Position numbers and translations under genes: made by a program
Shown: positions 61,680 through 64,000 of the stretch, in pieces
Position numbering within the stretch: the first letter of the stretch is position 1
Layout: each line of letters begins with the position of its first letter
Source: Sulfurospirillaceae bacterium
GTDB taxonomy: Bacteria; Campylobacterota; Campylobacteria; Campylobacterales; Sulfurospirillaceae
Assembly: GCA_033723415.1 (NCBI GenBank)
Contig: JAWVXD010000005.1
Span: forward strand, 176,486 to 240,485
DNA length: 64,000 nucleotides
Reading direction: 5' to 3'
Notes under the pieces: generated by a model
The model's input: the letters and a program-made list of their open reading frames with translations, nothing else
Told to the model about the DNA's origin: nothing
Databases searched by the model: none

Positions 61680-64000
61680 TTAAGCAAAAAAAATGGAACT
61701 GTTGGAAGTCCACATAGACTTGCTAAATCATTATATGCTCGACCTAATGCTTTTGCAGTTCTTATTGCTTTTGTTGTTTGTGTTATCACTTCTCCTGTAT
61801 TATGCATTTTTTCATCAAAATCGGTTATTAATCCTTTTAAATCAGTCAGTACCCCACTATCTTTTATGGCTTCTTTTGTTGGATTCTCACCCAATTTTTT
61901 AAAATCAGTTATTAAATCACTTATCTCTTCTTTTTCGTCTATACCCCCAACTTTTTTTTGTAGAGATGACAATGTACTTGTAACCTCTCCAATACTTTGA
62001 GTAATTGTTATTTTTGTAGTTTGACTCTGTTTAAAACTATCAGTTATCATAGTTGAACTATCGCTCTTAATATTATTTATAACCTGCACTTTAAATTCTC
62101 TTTTTTCTAAATATTCTAAAACATCAGACTCTTTGCTTTTATCATTTTTTACAGTTACATTTCCTAATAATTCTGATATTGATACTTCTTCTATACTCTT
62201 GTCACATTTTATAAAAAAAGAGTTTTTTTGAATATATTTTTTTAAAGTCTTAAATTCAAAGAAGTTCGGTTCTTTACTATTTTTACATTCACTACAACAA
62301 CAAGGAATCATCTCGTCACAATTTATATTTTTAAAAGAGCTATTATGTATATTCTCTATTTCACTTTTTATCTTAGATAATAGAGTTGATGAGTCAATTT
62401 TGTCACCTTTTATTGATATATCAATAACTTTCAATCCTTCTTTTGTTTTTTTCTCTCTAACTTCTGCCTTCGCATTTTCATATTCTAACACTACTCCTTT
62501 TTGCCAAACAATCTCTTTATTATTTTTTTGATAAATCAAATTATTTAATCTAACAATTAGCCTTGAAATTATTCCTCTTGGCATAAAAGGATATTGAAAT
62601 CTGTAAAATAAATTATTTTTGTAGTCCCATTCATATTCATAATCTAATACAGGTGGAAGAAGTTGAGGAGACATATATGATTCTTTTCCAGTCTGTAACC
62701 TATAGCAAATTTCAAATTTGTCTTTTAACATTAAAGTTAAAAGTTTATTTTTTATATCTAAGGTATATCCTTGATGTTGTTCTTCCCAGAAATTAAAAAG
62801 CCATTTTTTTGTGAATTTACCATTATTTTGATTTACAGAAGTATCCGCTAAAACAGAATATATAGCATCCATTACCCATTTTGGATTTAAGAATATCGTA
62901 TCGGCAAGTCCACTAATATCATCTCCATAGTGTAAAAATACACCAAGATTATGAAAGTGTCTTGCTAGTGTACTTATATCTTCATCGCTTAATCCAAACC
63001 CTTCTGATATTTGTCTAAATTCTTCAAAAGGAATGAAGTAGTTACTTTCCGCTAGTATATTTATTTGATCTCTTATATCTATCCATCTAGCAGGTAAATC
63101 CTCTCCAATATGAGGAAGATTACAAAGCATATTTTCTATTTTTAACTTAAGTTCATCATATCTACCATCTACTATATTTGATAAATCAATATCTTTTTGT
63201 TCTATTGTATGAGTATTGAATCTCTCTTTAAAAGCTTTCAAATCGAAATTTGTAACAGATTTATGATTAATGTCATTTAAAACAACTAAAATAGGGCTAT
63301 CATCTGAGAGTAAATTAATAATATGAAACCAATAGTCAAAATCTGTATGCTGCTTTCTATTGTCCCCTACTAGTACATAAAGTGAATTTGGAGTTAGAAA
63401 AAACTGATGGGACATATACTGTACTTGTTGTCCACCAAAATCCCACATATTTGTTCTAAAAATTATTTTTTTGTTTTTAGTATATGGAAATGTATGTTTT
63501 CTAATATCAATTCCGATTGTAGAATTGTCATTCTCACTTGTTTTAAGTTGATATTTTTTATCCAAGATTTTTTCCATAAGTGATGTTTTTCCAGCACCTG
63601 ATTCTCCTACAAAAAGAAGTTTTGCTTCATAAAGTTTATCGGTACCTTGCTTTATTTTTTGTTGAATGGTATTCTTTAGATTTTCCAATCCACTTTTGTA
63701 TGATGTCTTATAAAAGGTATCTAAACTGTCCGCTTCAATATTGAAATCAAATAGTACTGTGAGTTCAATAAACTCATTAGGAATACTTTTTATTTTGTTT
63801 GAATCTTTATCTTTAAAAAAGCTACTAAAATGAAGGCTTGATAGCCTACTCAATTTTGTTATCTCTTTTGGGAATTCTTTTAATCCATTACGACTTAAAT
63901 CTAAACTTTGTAAATTTTTTAACTCTACTATCTCTTTGGGTAATGCTGTGAATCCATTACCACTTAAATATAAACTTTGTAAATTTTTTAACTCTACTAT
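61676..64000 (-). CDS. LRR-Roc-COR (Roco) GTPase, 5' end outside the window
   Basis: Frame open to 64000 with LRRs (IVELKNLQSLYLSGNGFTALPKE); Roc EAKLLFVGESGAGKTSL, STIGI, WDFGGQ, HQFFLT; COR HNLGVFLHY, LNPKW, MPRGIISRLIVRL, WQKGV. Confidence 0.9.
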   Translation of the reverse strand: MVELKNLQSLYLSGNGFTALPKEIVELKNLQSLDLSRNGLKEFPKEITKLSRLSSLHFSSFFKDKDSNKIKSIPNEFIELTVLFDFNIEADSLDTFYKTSYKSGLENLKNTIQQKIKQGTDKLYEAKLLFVGESGAGKTSLMEKILDKKYQLKTSENDNSTIGIDIRKHTFPYTKNKKIIFRTNMWDFGGQQVQYMSHQFFLTPNSLYVLVGDNRKQHTDFDYWFHIINLLSDDSPILVVLNDINHKSVTNFDLKAFKERFNTHTIEQKDIDLSNIVDGRYDELKLKIENMLCNLPHIGEDLPARWIDIRDQINILAESNYFIPFEEFRQISEGFGLSDEDISTLARHFHNLGVFLHYGDDISGLADTIFLNPKWVMDAIYSVLADTSVNQNNGKFTKKWLFNFWEEQHQGYTLDIKNKLLTLMLKDKFEICYRLQTGKESYMSPQLLPPVLDYEYEWDYKNNLFYRFQYPFMPRGIISRLIVRLNNLIYQKNNKEIVWQKGVVLEYENAKAEVREKKTKEGLKVIDISIKGDKIDSSTLLSKIKSEIENIHNSSFKNINCDEMIPCCCSECKNSKEPNFFEFKTLKKYIQKNSFFIKCDKSIEEVSISELLGNVTVKNDKSKESDVLEYLEKREFKVQVINNIKSDSSTMITDSFKQSQTTKITITQSIGEVTSTLSSLQKKVGGIDEKEEISDLITDFKKLGENPTKEAIKDSGVLTDLKGLITDFDEKMHNTGEVITQTTKAIRTAKALGRAYNDLASLCGLPTVPFFLLK
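63863..64000 (-). repeat. 69-bp tandem repeats encoding 23-aa LRRs
   Basis: Two units (63932-64000, 63863-63931) both starting ATAGTAGAGTTAAAAAATTTACAAAGTTTA. Confidence 0.9.

Noticed and set aside
216..61902. Many 60-160 aa ORFs overlapping or antisense to long genes
   Set aside because: Shadow frames of well-supported genes, with no recognisable motifs
63863..64000. Tandem repeat as a possible CRISPR array near a Cas4-like gene
   Set aside because: Units are contiguous 69-mers in frame as LRRs, with no unique spacers and no cas1/cas2
45425..64000. A single integrated element or prophage spanning the accessory region
   Set aside because: No integrase, transposase, phage genes or flanking direct repeats are visible; it looks like a mosaic

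Overview
AT-rich chromosomal window from a Campylobacterota (epsilonproteobacterial) organism; gene order and the tmRNA tag suggest a free-living Campylobacterales/Sulfurospirillum-like lineage (inference). Positions 1-45400 are mostly core genes: ccsBA, livJHMGF, an OprD-family porin, TRAP dctPQM with a two-component system and a second solo dctP, tmRNA, mlaA-mlaC-MMPL, trpA, panB, ruvB, a dynamin-like pair, frdCAB, lgt, hemN, argF, hemB, ribA and rsmG. From about 45400 the region looks accessory: a two-partner secretion pair with a two-component system, a dGTPase, a CPA2 antiporter, an atypical DEAD-box helicase, a DUF2779 double nuclease and an LRR-Roc-COR protein that runs off the window end. 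The most unusual signal is a pair of related, highly structured 120-160 bp elements inside the hemB-argF-DUF2603 operon. Each starts with ATG, ends in a covarying hairpin plus a new Shine-Dalgarno directly before the next gene, and keeps the same reading frame. The second-best candidate is the translationally coupled Roco + Cas4-like/DEDD nuclease pair. No CRISPR array, rRNA, tRNA, transposase or integrase was seen.
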